Of a stretch of DNA of 64,000 nt, positions 20,185 through 29,807 are shown piece after piece; position 1 is the stretch's first letter; every line of letters begins with the position of its first letter. A program made the position numbers and the translations under genes. The notes under the pieces were generated by a model that saw nothing but the letters and a program-made list of their open reading frames with translations, had not been told where the DNA came from and made no database searches. The DNA lies in the NCBI GenBank assembly GCA_963842085.1, contig CAWJET010000001.1, positions 2,976,001 through 3,040,000 of the forward strand, read 5' to 3'. This stretch comes from an uncultured delta proteobacterium (GTDB lineage Bacteria; Desulfobacterota; Binatia; Binatales; Binataceae).

Positions 20185-23100
20185 TCAATCCTTCTCCGAC
20201 TGTTCGACCAGCTCGGCAACCTCGGCGTCGCGTTCGCGCTTTCCGACCCGCTTGAGAGTGAAAAGCGAATAGACCGCCGGCACCACCAGCAGCGTCATCA
20301 CGGTCGCGGCGAGCAGGCCACCGATGACTGCCCGGCCGAGCGGTGCGTTCTGCTCGCCGCCAGCTCCCAGAGCCAGTGACATCGGCAGCATGCCGAGGAT
20401 CATCGCGAGCGCGGTCATGATGACCGGACGCAAGCGCGTGACGCCTGCCTGGATCGCCGCCGAAATCGGGTCGTGGCCCTGCTCGCGCAGATCGTTGGCG
20501 AACGTGATCAGCAGGTTGCCGTTGGCGACCCCGACGCCCACCGCCATGATCGCGCCCATCATCGATTCAACGTTCAGCGTCGTCCGCGTGAACACCAGCA
20601 TCCAGAGCACGCCGGCCAGCGCCCCGGGCACCGCCATCATGATGATCATCGGATCGAGCCACGACTGAAAGTTGGTCGCCATCAGCAGGTACACCAGGAT
20701 GATCGCGAGAATCAGGCCGCTGCCCATGCTGGAAAACGACTGCCGCATCGCATCGCTCTCGCCCTGAATGCTGATCCTGGTGCCGGGCGGGAGATTCGTG
20801 AGTGCGTTGATCTTCTCCTGTACTGCGGTCGTTACGCTGCCGAGATCCGCGCCCTCGACTCCGCAATCCACGTCAACCACGCGCTGCACCGTGTAATGGT
20901 TGATGCCCTGCGCCTGGACCTCGTGGCTGATCGACGCGACGTTGGTCAAGAACTGGGGCGGCGGCGCTGTGCCGTCGATCTGCGAAGCTGTCAAGGGCGT
21001 CCGCCCAATAGCCTGTATCGAATTGACTATATGCTGCGGCGTCTGCACGGCCACGCTGTAGCTAACGCCGTTTGTATAGTCGAGCCACTGACTGGGTGAA
21101 AAAATGAGGCTCGAGCTGAGCGAAGTGAGTATGCTCGTTGTGACGTCTCGCTCGGTGATTCCGAGCTGAAGCGCCTTGTCGCGATCGACTTTCACCCGCA
21201 GTGTCGGGTAGTCGAGCACTTGCGGAATTCGTACGTCAGCCGCGCCGGGAACGGTTTCCATCTCCGCCTTGAGCTTTTCCGCGATGCGGAAGTCGGAATC
21301 AAGATCGTTCCCCACGATCTGCACGTCGATGGGCGCGGACAAACCGAAACTGAGTACTTGACTGATTATATCCGCAGCCTGCGGATAAATAGTCACTCCC
21401 GGGAACTGAGTATGTACTGCGGAACGGATTTTCTTGATGTATTCCTCGGTCGGGTGATGCTTCTTTTTCAGTTGGATCTGCAGGTCGGCATCCTGCGGGC
21501 CCAGGCTGTCGGTCTGGTAAAACAACAACGCCCAATAGACCGGCAACCCGATGTGATCGGTCATCAGCTCGAACTCGTCGGCCGGGATCAATCCGCGAAT
21601 CGTGCGCTCGACGCCGTCCAGAATGCGCGAGCTTTCCTCCAGTCGCGTGCCGACCGGCACGCGAACGTGCAGTCGGATCATCCCGGTATCCACGTTCGGG
21701 AAAAAATCCTCGCCCGCCACCCGCACCAGCATCATCGACGCGAGGACCATGACGCCGATCGCTCCCAGCACGAATCCGCGATGCGCCATGACGCGGCTTA
21801 AGAGTCCTTCGTAACGGGTGCGCTGGCGGTCGAACCATCGCTCGAATGCACCGGTTATTTTCCCCAGCCAGCCGCCGGATTTGTGGCCCTCGGGCTCCGC
21901 TGCGAGCAGATGAATCGCCATGCTCGGTACCAGCGTGCGCGACAGCAGGTACGACGTCAGCATCGCGTACACCACCGCGAGCGCCAGCGGCAGGAACAGG
22001 TATTTGGCGACACCGGTCAGCGCGATGACGGGAGAGAAGACGATGCAAATCGACAGCGTGCCGACGAACGCCGGCACCGCGATCTGTCGCGCGCCGTCCA
22101 GGATCGCGACGCCAAGCTGTTTGCCCATCGCGTGGTTGCGATGGATGTTCTCAACTTCCACCGTCGCGTCGTCGACCAGCATGCCGACCGCAAGCGCGAG
22201 TCCGCCAAGCGTCATGATGTTGATGGTCTGGCCGGAGAGCTTGAGCCCGATTATCGACGTCAGGATCGCCAGCGGAATCGACGTGACGACGATCAGCGTG
22301 CTCCTGAGTGAACCCAGGAACAGCAGCACCATCAGCCCAACCAGCGCCGCGGCGATCACGCCCTCCTGCATGACGTCGTAGAGCGACTCGCGCACGAAGA
22401 TCGACTGATCGAAAGCGAGTGTCGCCTTCAGGCCCTTGGGCGCGATCGCCAGCATCTTCGGCAACACGCCTTTGACGGCGTCGACGACTGTCATCGTCGA
22501 GGCCGCGGGATGCTTCAGGATGAGCATGTAGGTTGCGAGCCGGCCGTTGACCCTAACCAGGTCGGTCTGCACCGCGGAGCTGTCGCTGACCTTCGCCACG
22601 TCCTCCACGTAAACCGGCGAAGTGCCCTGGTACTTGATCGGCAGACGATTCAAGTCTTCGGAGTGCAGCGGGCTGCCGTTGATCACTACGTCGTATTCAG
22701 TGTTGCCGATTTTCGCGGTGCCACCCGGAATGATTACATTCTGCTGCTGCAAGGCGTTGACGACGTCTTCCGGCGAAACGCCGCGCGCATACATCAGCGA
22801 CGGGTCGATATTCACCATCACCTCGCGCGACGCGCCGCCAAACGGAGCGGGGGTCGACAATCCGGGAATGGTAAACAGGAATATTCGCGCGAAGTTGTAG
22901 CCGAAGTCATATACTTTGCTCTGCGGCAAAGTTTCGCTCGACAATAGCAAGTAGCTAATCGGAACCTCGGTCGCGTTATAGTCAATTACGCTCGGCGGAT
23001 TGATCCCGGGCGGCAGGATGTTCTTGATAGCTTCTGACACAGATACTAATTGCGAGATAGCCAGTCCGGTGTCTGCGCCGTGCTGAAAATAGAACTTCAG

Positions 23101-23373
23101 CAGGCCGATGCCGTTGAGCGAGATCGATTCGATGTGATCGACGCCGTTGACGGTCGTCGACGCGGCGCGCTCGCTAATGTTTACGACCCGTTGCTCCATT
23201 TCCTGCGCCGACAGGCCCGGGTAGTTCCAGACCAGGTCGACGACCGGTATGTCGATTGCCGGAAAGATGTCGAAATTCATCGACGACAGAGAAACGATGC
23301 CGAGCAGCAGCATCAACGCCGCCATCACGGCCACGGTAACCGGGCGACGGAGCGCGAGTTGGACGATCCACAT
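20185..23373 (-). CDS. RND efflux permease subunit
   Basis: 1062 aa; VGMLVDDATVEVEN, RLRPVIMT motifs. Confidence 0.95.
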   Translation of the reverse strand: MWIVQLALRRPVTVAVMAALMLLLGIVSLSSMNFDIFPAIDIPVVDLVWNYPGLSAQEMEQRVVNISERAASTTVNGVDHIESISLNGIGLLKFYFQHGADTGLAISQLVSVSEAIKNILPPGINPPSVIDYNATEVPISYLLLSSETLPQSKVYDFGYNFARIFLFTIPGLSTPAPFGGASREVMVNIDPSLMYARGVSPEDVVNALQQQNVIIPGGTAKIGNTEYDVVINGSPLHSEDLNRLPIKYQGTSPVYVEDVAKVSDSSAVQTDLVRVNGRLATYMLILKHPAASTMTVVDAVKGVLPKMLAIAPKGLKATLAFDQSIFVRESLYDVMQEGVIAAALVGLMVLLFLGSLRSTLIVVTSIPLAILTSIIGLKLSGQTINIMTLGGLALAVGMLVDDATVEVENIHRNHAMGKQLGVAILDGARQIAVPAFVGTLSICIVFSPVIALTGVAKYLFLPLALAVVYAMLTSYLLSRTLVPSMAIHLLAAEPEGHKSGGWLGKITGAFERWFDRQRTRYEGLLSRVMAHRGFVLGAIGVMVLASMMLVRVAGEDFFPNVDTGMIRLHVRVPVGTRLEESSRILDGVERTIRGLIPADEFELMTDHIGLPVYWALLFYQTDSLGPQDADLQIQLKKKHHPTEEYIKKIRSAVHTQFPGVTIYPQAADIISQVLSFGLSAPIDVQIVGNDLDSDFRIAEKLKAEMETVPGAADVRIPQVLDYPTLRVKVDRDKALQLGITERDVTTSILTSLSSSLIFSPSQWLDYTNGVSYSVAVQTPQHIVNSIQAIGRTPLTASQIDGTAPPPQFLTNVASISHEVQAQGINHYTVQRVVDVDCGVEGADLGSVTTAVQEKINALTNLPPGTRISIQGESDAMRQSFSSMGSGLILAIILVYLLMATNFQSWLDPMIIMMAVPGALAGVLWMLVFTRTTLNVESMMGAIMAVGVGVANGNLLITFANDLREQGHDPISAAIQAGVTRLRPVIMTALAMILGMLPMSLALGAGGEQNAPLGRAVIGGLLAATVMTLLVVPAVYSLFTLKRVGKRERDAEVAELVEQSEKD

Positions 23374-23404
23374 AAGGTGGTCTCCTGTTTATTCCGGGTC
23401 GCCG

Positions 23405-24106
23405 CTAGGGCGACTCGCGCTTTTTCGATATGAATGGCGCGACAAACGCGCGTTCCGGGTCCGGCAACAGGTTCAGGAATTTCATTTCAGCGAAATCGCC
23501 GATTAGTTGGAAGCCTGAGAAGGCCGCGTTGTCAACCCGGATCCGCCGGAAATGCGCAAGTTCGAGCCGCATAAAATGGCACAAAACGGTGCGGATGATG
23601 TCGCCGTGAGAGACGAACAGAATCCGCCGCCCGCTATGCTCTGCAATCGCGCGCCGCACCGCCTCGACGCCTCGCGATTGCACTTGGACTATCGTCTCGC
23701 CGCCGGGTGTGGACGCGTCCAGCGGATGCTCGCGGTAGTTCAGATAGTCGGCATCCTCGATCAAATCGTCGTACACCATCCCTTCCCAGCGCCCGTACTG
23801 GACTTCCGACAGTTGCGGATCTTCGGTCACCGGGATGCCGCCGATGCCGGCCGCGATAATCTCCGCCGACTGCCGCGCGCGCGCCAGTGGGCTGGTGACG
23901 ATCAACTCGGGCTTTATCTCGCGAGCGAAGGGAATTGCGGCTTCAACCTGCGCGCGTCCGCCCTCATCGAGTTCGATTGGATTGCGGCCCATCACGCGGC
24001 CTTCGCGGTTCCACGCGGTCTCGCCGTGGCGCATCAAGAGCGCGATTCCTCTCACGCCGTTGCGACCTTTCAATTTGTCCGCGACGTAAAATGGTCCCAG
24101 CGCCAT
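23405..24106 (-). CDS. Histidine phosphatase family protein
   Basis: RHGET, SPLARA, VSHG motifs; start placed at MALGPF. Confidence 0.9.
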   Translation of the reverse strand: MALGPFYVADKLKGRNGVRGIALLMRHGETAWNREGRVMGRNPIELDEGGRAQVEAAIPFAREIKPELIVTSPLARARQSAEIIAAGIGGIPVTEDPQLSEVQYGRWEGMVYDDLIEDADYLNYREHPLDASTPGGETIVQVQSRGVEAVRRAIAEHSGRRILFVSHGDIIRTVLCHFMRLELAHFRRIRVDNAAFSGFQLIGDFAEMKFLNLLPDPERAFVAPFISKKRESP

Positions 24107-24216
24107 CGAAAATCGCCTCGGTAGTTGAATGCCAGCCCAAAAAAGGCGGCAGCGCCTCGCTGGGCGCCCGCCGCAATCAAACCAGATTTTCGGCCGTTGA
24201 GACGGGCGCGCGAATG

Positions 24217-25452
24217 TTAGCGCGCGGACGCCGCCGCGCTCGTATGTGACGTTTGTTCTGCATGCGCAGTTCCGTTTGCAGCCGCACCCAGACCGCAGAA
24301 TGCTTCGTAATCTATGAGCGTGGTTTGGGTGGGATGCTCGCTGCAGACGGGGCACTTCGGATCTTTGCGGATCTTCAGAATTCGCACGTAGTCCTTGTCC
24401 GACAGCGTGTCGAAATAAACCATCTTGCCAATCAGAGGAGACCCCGCGCCAAGAATCAGCTTGATCGCCTCGAGCGCTTCGATCGATCCGATCAATCCCG
24501 GCAATGCGCCGAGCACACCGGCTTCCGCGCACGACGGCGCCATGTCCGGCGGCGCCGGCTCGGGATACAGGCATCGGTAGCACGGTCCGCCCTTGGCCGG
24601 GTAGAAAACCGTGGTGTTGCCTTCGAAGCGGAAAATCGCGCCGTCCACCAGCGGCTTCTTCGAGAACACGCACGCGTCATTGATCAGGTATCGAGTCGGG
24701 AAATTATCTCCGCAGTTCACGACGACGTCGTAGTCCTTGATGATGTCCATCGCGTTCTCGGACGTCAGTCGCACGTCGTGACGAATCACCTTTATGCCCG
24801 GATTCAGCGCGTTGATTGATTTCTGCGCCGACTCCGTCTTGGGCATCCCGACGCGCTCGGTCGTGTGGATGATCTGCCGCTGAAGATTCGACATGTCGAC
24901 CACGTCGAAATCCACCAGGCCGATCGTGCCGACTCCCGCCGCCGCGAGATACAGCGCCGACGGTGAGCCGAGCGCGCCGGTGCCGAGCAGCAGCACCTTG
25001 GCGTCGAGCAGTTTGGCCTGTCCCTTTTCGCCGACTTCGGGGATTACGAAATGTCGCGAATAGCGCGTCAGCTCCTCGGCCGTGAACGCGCGATCCGCCA
25101 CCCATGGCAGGCCGCGATCCTTCCACGCGTTGAAGCCGCCCATCAAGTTGTACACATTTTCGTAGCCGAGCTCGCGCAGTGTGCGCGCCGCCAGCAGCGA
25201 GCGCGTGCCCGACGCGCACTGCAGAATGACCGGCGTCTTGTGGTCGGGGACTTTCTCCTCGATTCTGAGTTCCAGGAATCCGCGCGGAATCGCGACCGCC
25301 TGCGGAATATGGCCCTGCCGCCATTCGTCGCTTTCGCGCACGTCAACCAGCACCGTGCCGGGCTTGTCGATCATCCGGCGCGCTTCGTCGATATCGACTT
25401 GCTTAATCGTCGAGCGCGCTTCGTCGAGAATATTCTTCGAGGTTTTCGCCAT
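24217..25452 (-). CDS. moeB: Rhodanese-fused MoeB/ThiF adenylyltransferase (MoeZ-type)
   Basis: N-terminal rhodanese (CASGTRS); RYSRH, GTGALGS, SNLQRQ, CYRC...CPVC. Confidence 0.92.
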   Translation of the reverse strand: MAKTSKNILDEARSTIKQVDIDEARRMIDKPGTVLVDVRESDEWRQGHIPQAVAIPRGFLELRIEEKVPDHKTPVILQCASGTRSLLAARTLRELGYENVYNLMGGFNAWKDRGLPWVADRAFTAEELTRYSRHFVIPEVGEKGQAKLLDAKVLLLGTGALGSPSALYLAAAGVGTIGLVDFDVVDMSNLQRQIIHTTERVGMPKTESAQKSINALNPGIKVIRHDVRLTSENAMDIIKDYDVVVNCGDNFPTRYLINDACVFSKKPLVDGAIFRFEGNTTVFYPAKGGPCYRCLYPEPAPPDMAPSCAEAGVLGALPGLIGSIEALEAIKLILGAGSPLIGKMVYFDTLSDKDYVRILKIRKDPKCPVCSEHPTQTTLIDYEAFCGLGAAANGTAHAEQTSHTSAAASAR

Positions 25453-25542
25453 AAATTTCCCCGTCCGATCCGTCGGCGGAGTCAGTTTCAATATACAACT
25501 ATAACCACGCGCGCGAGTCACGCCCGACGGCGCCGCGGTCGG

Positions 25543-26028
25543 CTATCCGCCAATCATTCGATGCGATTCGACCAGCGTACGCATGAAATTGAGCACCTGC
25601 GCCGCATGTCCGCGCGGCATCACATCATGAAAGGCGCGGCGTACGCGAAGCTCGCCATCGAGCACGAAGGTCGAGCGCGCGGCTACCTTGCCATTGAGCA
25701 CGCCCAACGCGGCGGCCAACTTTCCGTCTTCGTCCGCGAGCAACATGAACGGAAGCGCGTGCTTCTCAGCGAACGCGCGATGACGCTCGACCGAATCCGT
25801 GCTCACGCCGACAACGACGCAATCCAGCGCATGGAACTGTTCCAAACTGTCGCGAAATTCCTTGCCCTCGACCGTGCAACCGGGCGTGTCGTCCTTTGGG
25901 TAAAAATAAACGACGAGGTTGTGGCCGCGAAAATCCTTCAGCCGGCGCATCTCGCCGCGAGCGTCCGGCAGCGAGAGCTCGAGCGCCGTCGAAAGATCCG
26001 GGATGCTGTTCGCGTCAGCCAGCGGCAT
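25543..26028 (-). CDS. bcp: Peroxiredoxin, BCP family
   Basis: YFYPKDDTPGCTVE motif. Confidence 0.9.
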   Translation of the reverse strand: MPLADANSIPDLSTALELSLPDARGEMRRLKDFRGHNLVVYFYPKDDTPGCTVEGKEFRDSLEQFHALDCVVVGVSTDSVERHRAFAEKHALPFMLLADEDGKLAAALGVLNGKVAARSTFVLDGELRVRRAFHDVMPRGHAAQVLNFMRTLVESHRMIGG

Positions 26029-27325
26029 GCGCTTCGGCCTCGGCCAGCGATCGCCGCTTGCTGAACTTGATCGCCGCGTTGTCGATGTTGATCGAGCACA
26101 GCGACCCGCACATCGTGCATACGTTGGAACCCGCCGCCTCGCTTTCTTCCTTGTAGCGGCGCGCCTTGTCCGGGTCCATCGCCATCGCGTACATGCCTTC
26201 CCAGTTGAGCGCCTTGCGGTATCGCGACATCTGGTCGTTCCAGACTTTCGCCGCGCGCACGCCTTTGACCAGGTCGCCCGAGTGAGCCGCGATTCGCGTC
26301 GCGATCACGCCTTCGCGCACGTCGTCGATATCGGGCAGCCGCAAATGCTCGGCCGGCGTCACGTAGCAGAGAAAATCGGTGCCCGCCGCCGACGCGATCG
26401 CTCCGCCAATCGCGCCGGTGATGTGGTCGTAGCCCGGCGCGACGTCGCAGGTCAGCGGCCCGAGCACGTAAAACGGCGCGCCTCCGCAGACTCGCTTCTC
26501 GAGCTTCACGTTGGCCTCGATTTGATCGAGCGGCACATGGCCGGGACCCTCGATCATCACCTGCACGCCCATCGCCCGCGCGCGCTCGGTCAACTCGCCC
26601 ATCAGCAACAACTCCGCGATTTGCCCGCGGTCGGTCGCGTCGCCCGTGGCGCCCGGCCGCAGCCCGTCGCCGATCGAGATCGTCACGTCATGCTCGCGCA
26701 GCACCGCGCAGACTTCGTCGAAATGCTCGTAGAGCGGATTTTCGTTGCCGGTGCGCTCGACCCACGCCGCCAGCATCGAACCGCCGCGCGAGACGATGCC
26801 CTCGATTCGCTGATGCCCGCGCAGCCGCTTCACGCTTTCGCGCGTGACGCCGCAGTGCAGCGTCATGTAGTCGACGCCCTGGCGCGCCTGCCGCTCGATA
26901 ACGTCGAGAAAGTACTCGGCCTCCATCTCCATGATCGAGCGCTCGGAGCCGAGCTGGTAGATCGGCACCGTGCCCAGTATCACCGGGCATCGCGACAGAA
27001 TCTCCGCGCGGATTTTGTCGAGGTCGGTGCCGGTCGAAAGGTCCATCACTGAGTCGGCACCGAAGCGGACCGCGGTGTAAAGTTTCCCGACTTCCTCTTC
27101 GATCAGCTGATGGAAGTTCGACGCACCGATATTGGCGTTGACCTTGGTGCGCAGGCTTTTGCCGATTCCGATCGCCCTGAAATCGTGATGAATATTGTGC
27201 GGGATCACGACCTCGCCGGTCGCGACCAGCGCGCGAATCTCTTCGGCGGTGAAACCTTCGTCCTCGGCAACTTCGGTCATCTGCCGGGTGATTATGTTTT
27301 TGCGGGCGGCTTCAATTTGCGTCAT
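26015..27325 (-). CDS. thiC: Phosphomethylpyrimidine synthase, short type (BzaF-like paralogy not excluded)
   Basis: KVNANIG, MDLST, SRGGS, GDGLRPG, EGPGH, YVTPAEH, CTMCGSLC. Confidence 0.88.
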   Translation of the reverse strand: MTQIEAARKNIITRQMTEVAEDEGFTAEEIRALVATGEVVIPHNIHHDFRAIGIGKSLRTKVNANIGASNFHQLIEEEVGKLYTAVRFGADSVMDLSTGTDLDKIRAEILSRCPVILGTVPIYQLGSERSIMEMEAEYFLDVIERQARQGVDYMTLHCGVTRESVKRLRGHQRIEGIVSRGGSMLAAWVERTGNENPLYEHFDEVCAVLREHDVTISIGDGLRPGATGDATDRGQIAELLLMGELTERARAMGVQVMIEGPGHVPLDQIEANVKLEKRVCGGAPFYVLGPLTCDVAPGYDHITGAIGGAIASAAGTDFLCYVTPAEHLRLPDIDDVREGVIATRIAAHSGDLVKGVRAAKVWNDQMSRYRKALNWEGMYAMAMDPDKARRYKEESEAAGSNVCTMCGSLCSINIDNAAIKFSKRRSLAEAEAHAAG

Positions 27326-27378
27326 GGTCTCACCTCCGCGGCCGCGCTCGACGCTCGGCCTTGGATTTTAAGTATAGC

Positions 27379-27642
27379 TCAATCCTCGCCGTACTCGATG
27401 CCGTTCTTCTCGCACAGCGCGCGCAGTTCCTGGATCATGCGCTCGGCGCGCGCCAGGTGCGCTACCGCGATAAAGTTGGCCAGCGCCACGAGAGTCAGCG
27501 CGCCCGTCGCCCAGTACATGTGGCTCAGCACGGCGGCGACGTGGTCCGCTTGCGGGGCGTGGATCGCACCCACACCTTTCGCGTAGGCGATGAACAAAAC
27601 GATCAGCCCCGCCAGGGTCAGGCCAATAGTTACTCGGGTCAT
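27379..27642 (-). CDS. Small membrane protein
   Basis: Two hydrophobic segments; 4 nt downstream of nuoI. Confidence 0.7.
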   Translation of the reverse strand: MTRVTIGLTLAGLIVLFIAYAKGVGAIHAPQADHVAAVLSHMYWATGALTLVALANFIAVAHLARAERMIQELRALCEKNGIEYGED

Positions 27643-27646
27643 CTGG

Positions 27647-28354
27647 CTATTTGCCGTTGCGCGCCGGATGCCGATCGATCGCGGTGAGATCGTCGATACG
27701 GTCCGGTGCCTCCGCGTAATGCTTGGGCGCTTGGCGATTGGTGTAGGTTTTCATCTCGGGCCGCTGCGGATCGTAAACCGCGGCGTCCTGCTCGCGGTAC
27801 CACTCCAGCATCTCGTTCATGTTGCCGTCGCGGCCTTTCTCGGCCAGCACGCGCGACCGATGCATCAGCAGTTCCTTGGTCTCGACGAAATCCTTGCGGT
27901 CGAAACCCCAGATGCGTGGATGCACGTAGGTGTCCATCCGAATCGCGTCGCACGGGCATGCCTCGACGCACAGACCGCAGTAGATGCAGCGGAGAGTGTC
28001 GATCTCGTAGCGCACCGGGAATTTCTCGACGTGCGGATCGGGCGACTCGCCCGCCTCGATATATATGCACTGCGCCGGACACGCGGTCGCGCACAGAAAG
28101 CACGCGGTGCATCGCACGGAAGAATCTTCGCGCAGCGTCAGCCGATGACTGCCGCGAAAATTGTCGGGATAGCGCTTGCGCTCCTCGGGATATTGCGTCG
28201 TCGCGGTCGCGTTGACTCCCTTCTTCATCCCGAACAGATGCGCGGTATGCAGCGCGAGGTTGCGCACAAAGTGGTAGTTGGTGATCGCAAGACCTCGCAG
28301 GATTTCGGGGATATAAATCCGCTCCCAGAAGGTCATTTGCTCGCTTCTCTGCAT
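27647..28354 (-). CDS. nuoI: NADH-quinone oxidoreductase subunit I-like 2[4Fe-4S] protein, stand-alone
   Basis: TQYPEE..RG.HRL, CTACFLCATACP, CIYCGLCVEACPCDAI. Confidence 0.88.
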   Translation of the reverse strand: MQRSEQMTFWERIYIPEILRGLAITNYHFVRNLALHTAHLFGMKKGVNATATTQYPEERKRYPDNFRGSHRLTLREDSSVRCTACFLCATACPAQCIYIEAGESPDPHVEKFPVRYEIDTLRCIYCGLCVEACPCDAIRMDTYVHPRIWGFDRKDFVETKELLMHRSRVLAEKGRDGNMNEMLEWYREQDAAVYDPQRPEMKTYTNRQAPKHYAEAPDRIDDLTAIDRHPARNGK

Positions 28355-28432
28355 TTCTAAACCAGCGCCAAATCCATTGTCTGAACGGGGGTTTCTGCGT
28401 TCACCGCAGACTTCGCCGGGCTCCGGAACTAG

Positions 28433-28462
28433 ACTATAAGGAGTCCTCGGAATTGCAGTCAA
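28433..28462 (-). promoter_or_regulatory. Putative sigma70 promoter upstream of nuoI
   Basis: TTGACT-N18-TATAGT on the minus strand. Confidence 0.55.
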
Positions 28463-28490
28463 GTTCGATGGATTCGCTGCGCGTCCGCCT

Positions 28491-29627
28491 CTACTTCAGC
28501 CGCGGATACAGCCGCGTCGGATTCTCGTGCAGGATTTTTTTGGGCACGTCCGCAGCGAACTCCTTGCGTCCCGCAGTCAGGCTCACGGTATGCGGGAATC
28601 GGCCGTCGAAATGCGGATAGTCTGACGCATACAGAATGTGCTCTGCGCCAACCGTTTCGACCACGAACGGCAGCGTCTCCTCGTCGGGATCGCACGAAAT
28701 GAAAAAGTTCTCGCTGCGAATCACGTCCGACGGCTTGCGATGGAGAAACGGCACGTACTCCGGCATCAGTTCGTAGTGCTCGTCGAGCCGCTCCATCCAG
28801 AACGGCAGCCAGCCCGCGCCTGCTTCCAGAAAAGCAACGCGCAATTTCGGAAAAATGTCGAGCACGCCGCCGCCGACCAGCGCCGCGATCCCGCGCATCA
28901 CCTCGAACGGATTCGTCGCCGAATGCTGGATGAATAGATTGTTGCCCATCTCGAACGTGCCCATTCCATATGGCGGGCGCGCCGTGCCGCCGTGAAAGCA
29001 CGCCGGCAGATCGGTCTCGACGCACGCCTTCCAAATCGGATGGAACGCCGGATGGTCCAGCAGCTTGTCCTCCATGTGAGCAGACAGGTAGATGCCGACG
29101 CACCACGGTTCGTTCGCGACCCGCCGGATTTCCTCGGCCGCGCGCTCGGGCGCGCGCATCGGCACGACCGCGACACCCTTCAAGCGATTGGGATAGGCAG
29201 CGCAGTAGTCGGCGAGCCATCGATGGTACGCGCGGATCATCGCGACTTCGAAATCAACGCTCTCGAGTGAGCAGAAGCTCGACACCACCGTCGCGAACAG
29301 CACGGCGACGTCGATACCCTCGCGCGCCATATCCTTGATGCGTACATGCGGATCGAATCCACCGCGGAGATCCGGCCGTTCGCCGTGCGGTTTGCGCCCG
29401 GTCCGGGTCAGCGGCTTGTCCGGCTGTGCGATACCCAGCGGGCGCCCGGTGTTTAACTGATGGAAGTAGCCGAAGAAATATTTCGTCGTGCGCGTTGACG
29501 CGATCTTCTTCAGTTGGTCGAGCTGCGGCTTGAACTTCTGATCGAGGTATTCGTCGTAGAGCTCGTTAGGCTCCATCACATGCCCGTCGGCGTCGATTAC
29601 TTTGTTGCCGTTGAACATATGATCCAC
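28491..29627 (-). CDS. Amidohydrolase_2 family protein
   Basis: DADGH, FH, LEAGAGW, ASDYPH. Confidence 0.9.
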   Translation of the reverse strand: MDHMFNGNKVIDADGHVMEPNELYDEYLDQKFKPQLDQLKKIASTRTTKYFFGYFHQLNTGRPLGIAQPDKPLTRTGRKPHGERPDLRGGFDPHVRIKDMAREGIDVAVLFATVVSSFCSLESVDFEVAMIRAYHRWLADYCAAYPNRLKGVAVVPMRAPERAAEEIRRVANEPWCVGIYLSAHMEDKLLDHPAFHPIWKACVETDLPACFHGGTARPPYGMGTFEMGNNLFIQHSATNPFEVMRGIAALVGGGVLDIFPKLRVAFLEAGAGWLPFWMERLDEHYELMPEYVPFLHRKPSDVIRSENFFISCDPDEETLPFVVETVGAEHILYASDYPHFDGRFPHTVSLTAGRKEFAADVPKKILHENPTRLYPRLK

Positions 29628-29668
29628 TTATCGCGCCTGCAGTTGCCAAACTCAAGCTGCCTCGTCCG

Positions 29669-29753
29669 TCATCCTGACGATGCGAGCAACAACGAAAACG
29701 AGCTGAGGAACGGAGCTCGGACAGCTTGGCGCCAGCGGAGCCGGTACCGGTTT
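29669..29753. repeat. 85-bp dispersed repeat, copy 1 (expanded left arm of the GTCATYCTGA palindrome family)
   Basis: Near-identical to 34848-34932. Confidence 0.9.
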
Positions 29754-29807
29754 TGGGTCGCAGCATCCAATGACAAATCGCATCAGTTCGATTAATCATC
29801 ACACGCC

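Noticed and set aside
27326-27378. TPP riboswitch before thiC
   Set aside because: Gap is about 50 nt and lacks the CUGAGA/ACCUG core
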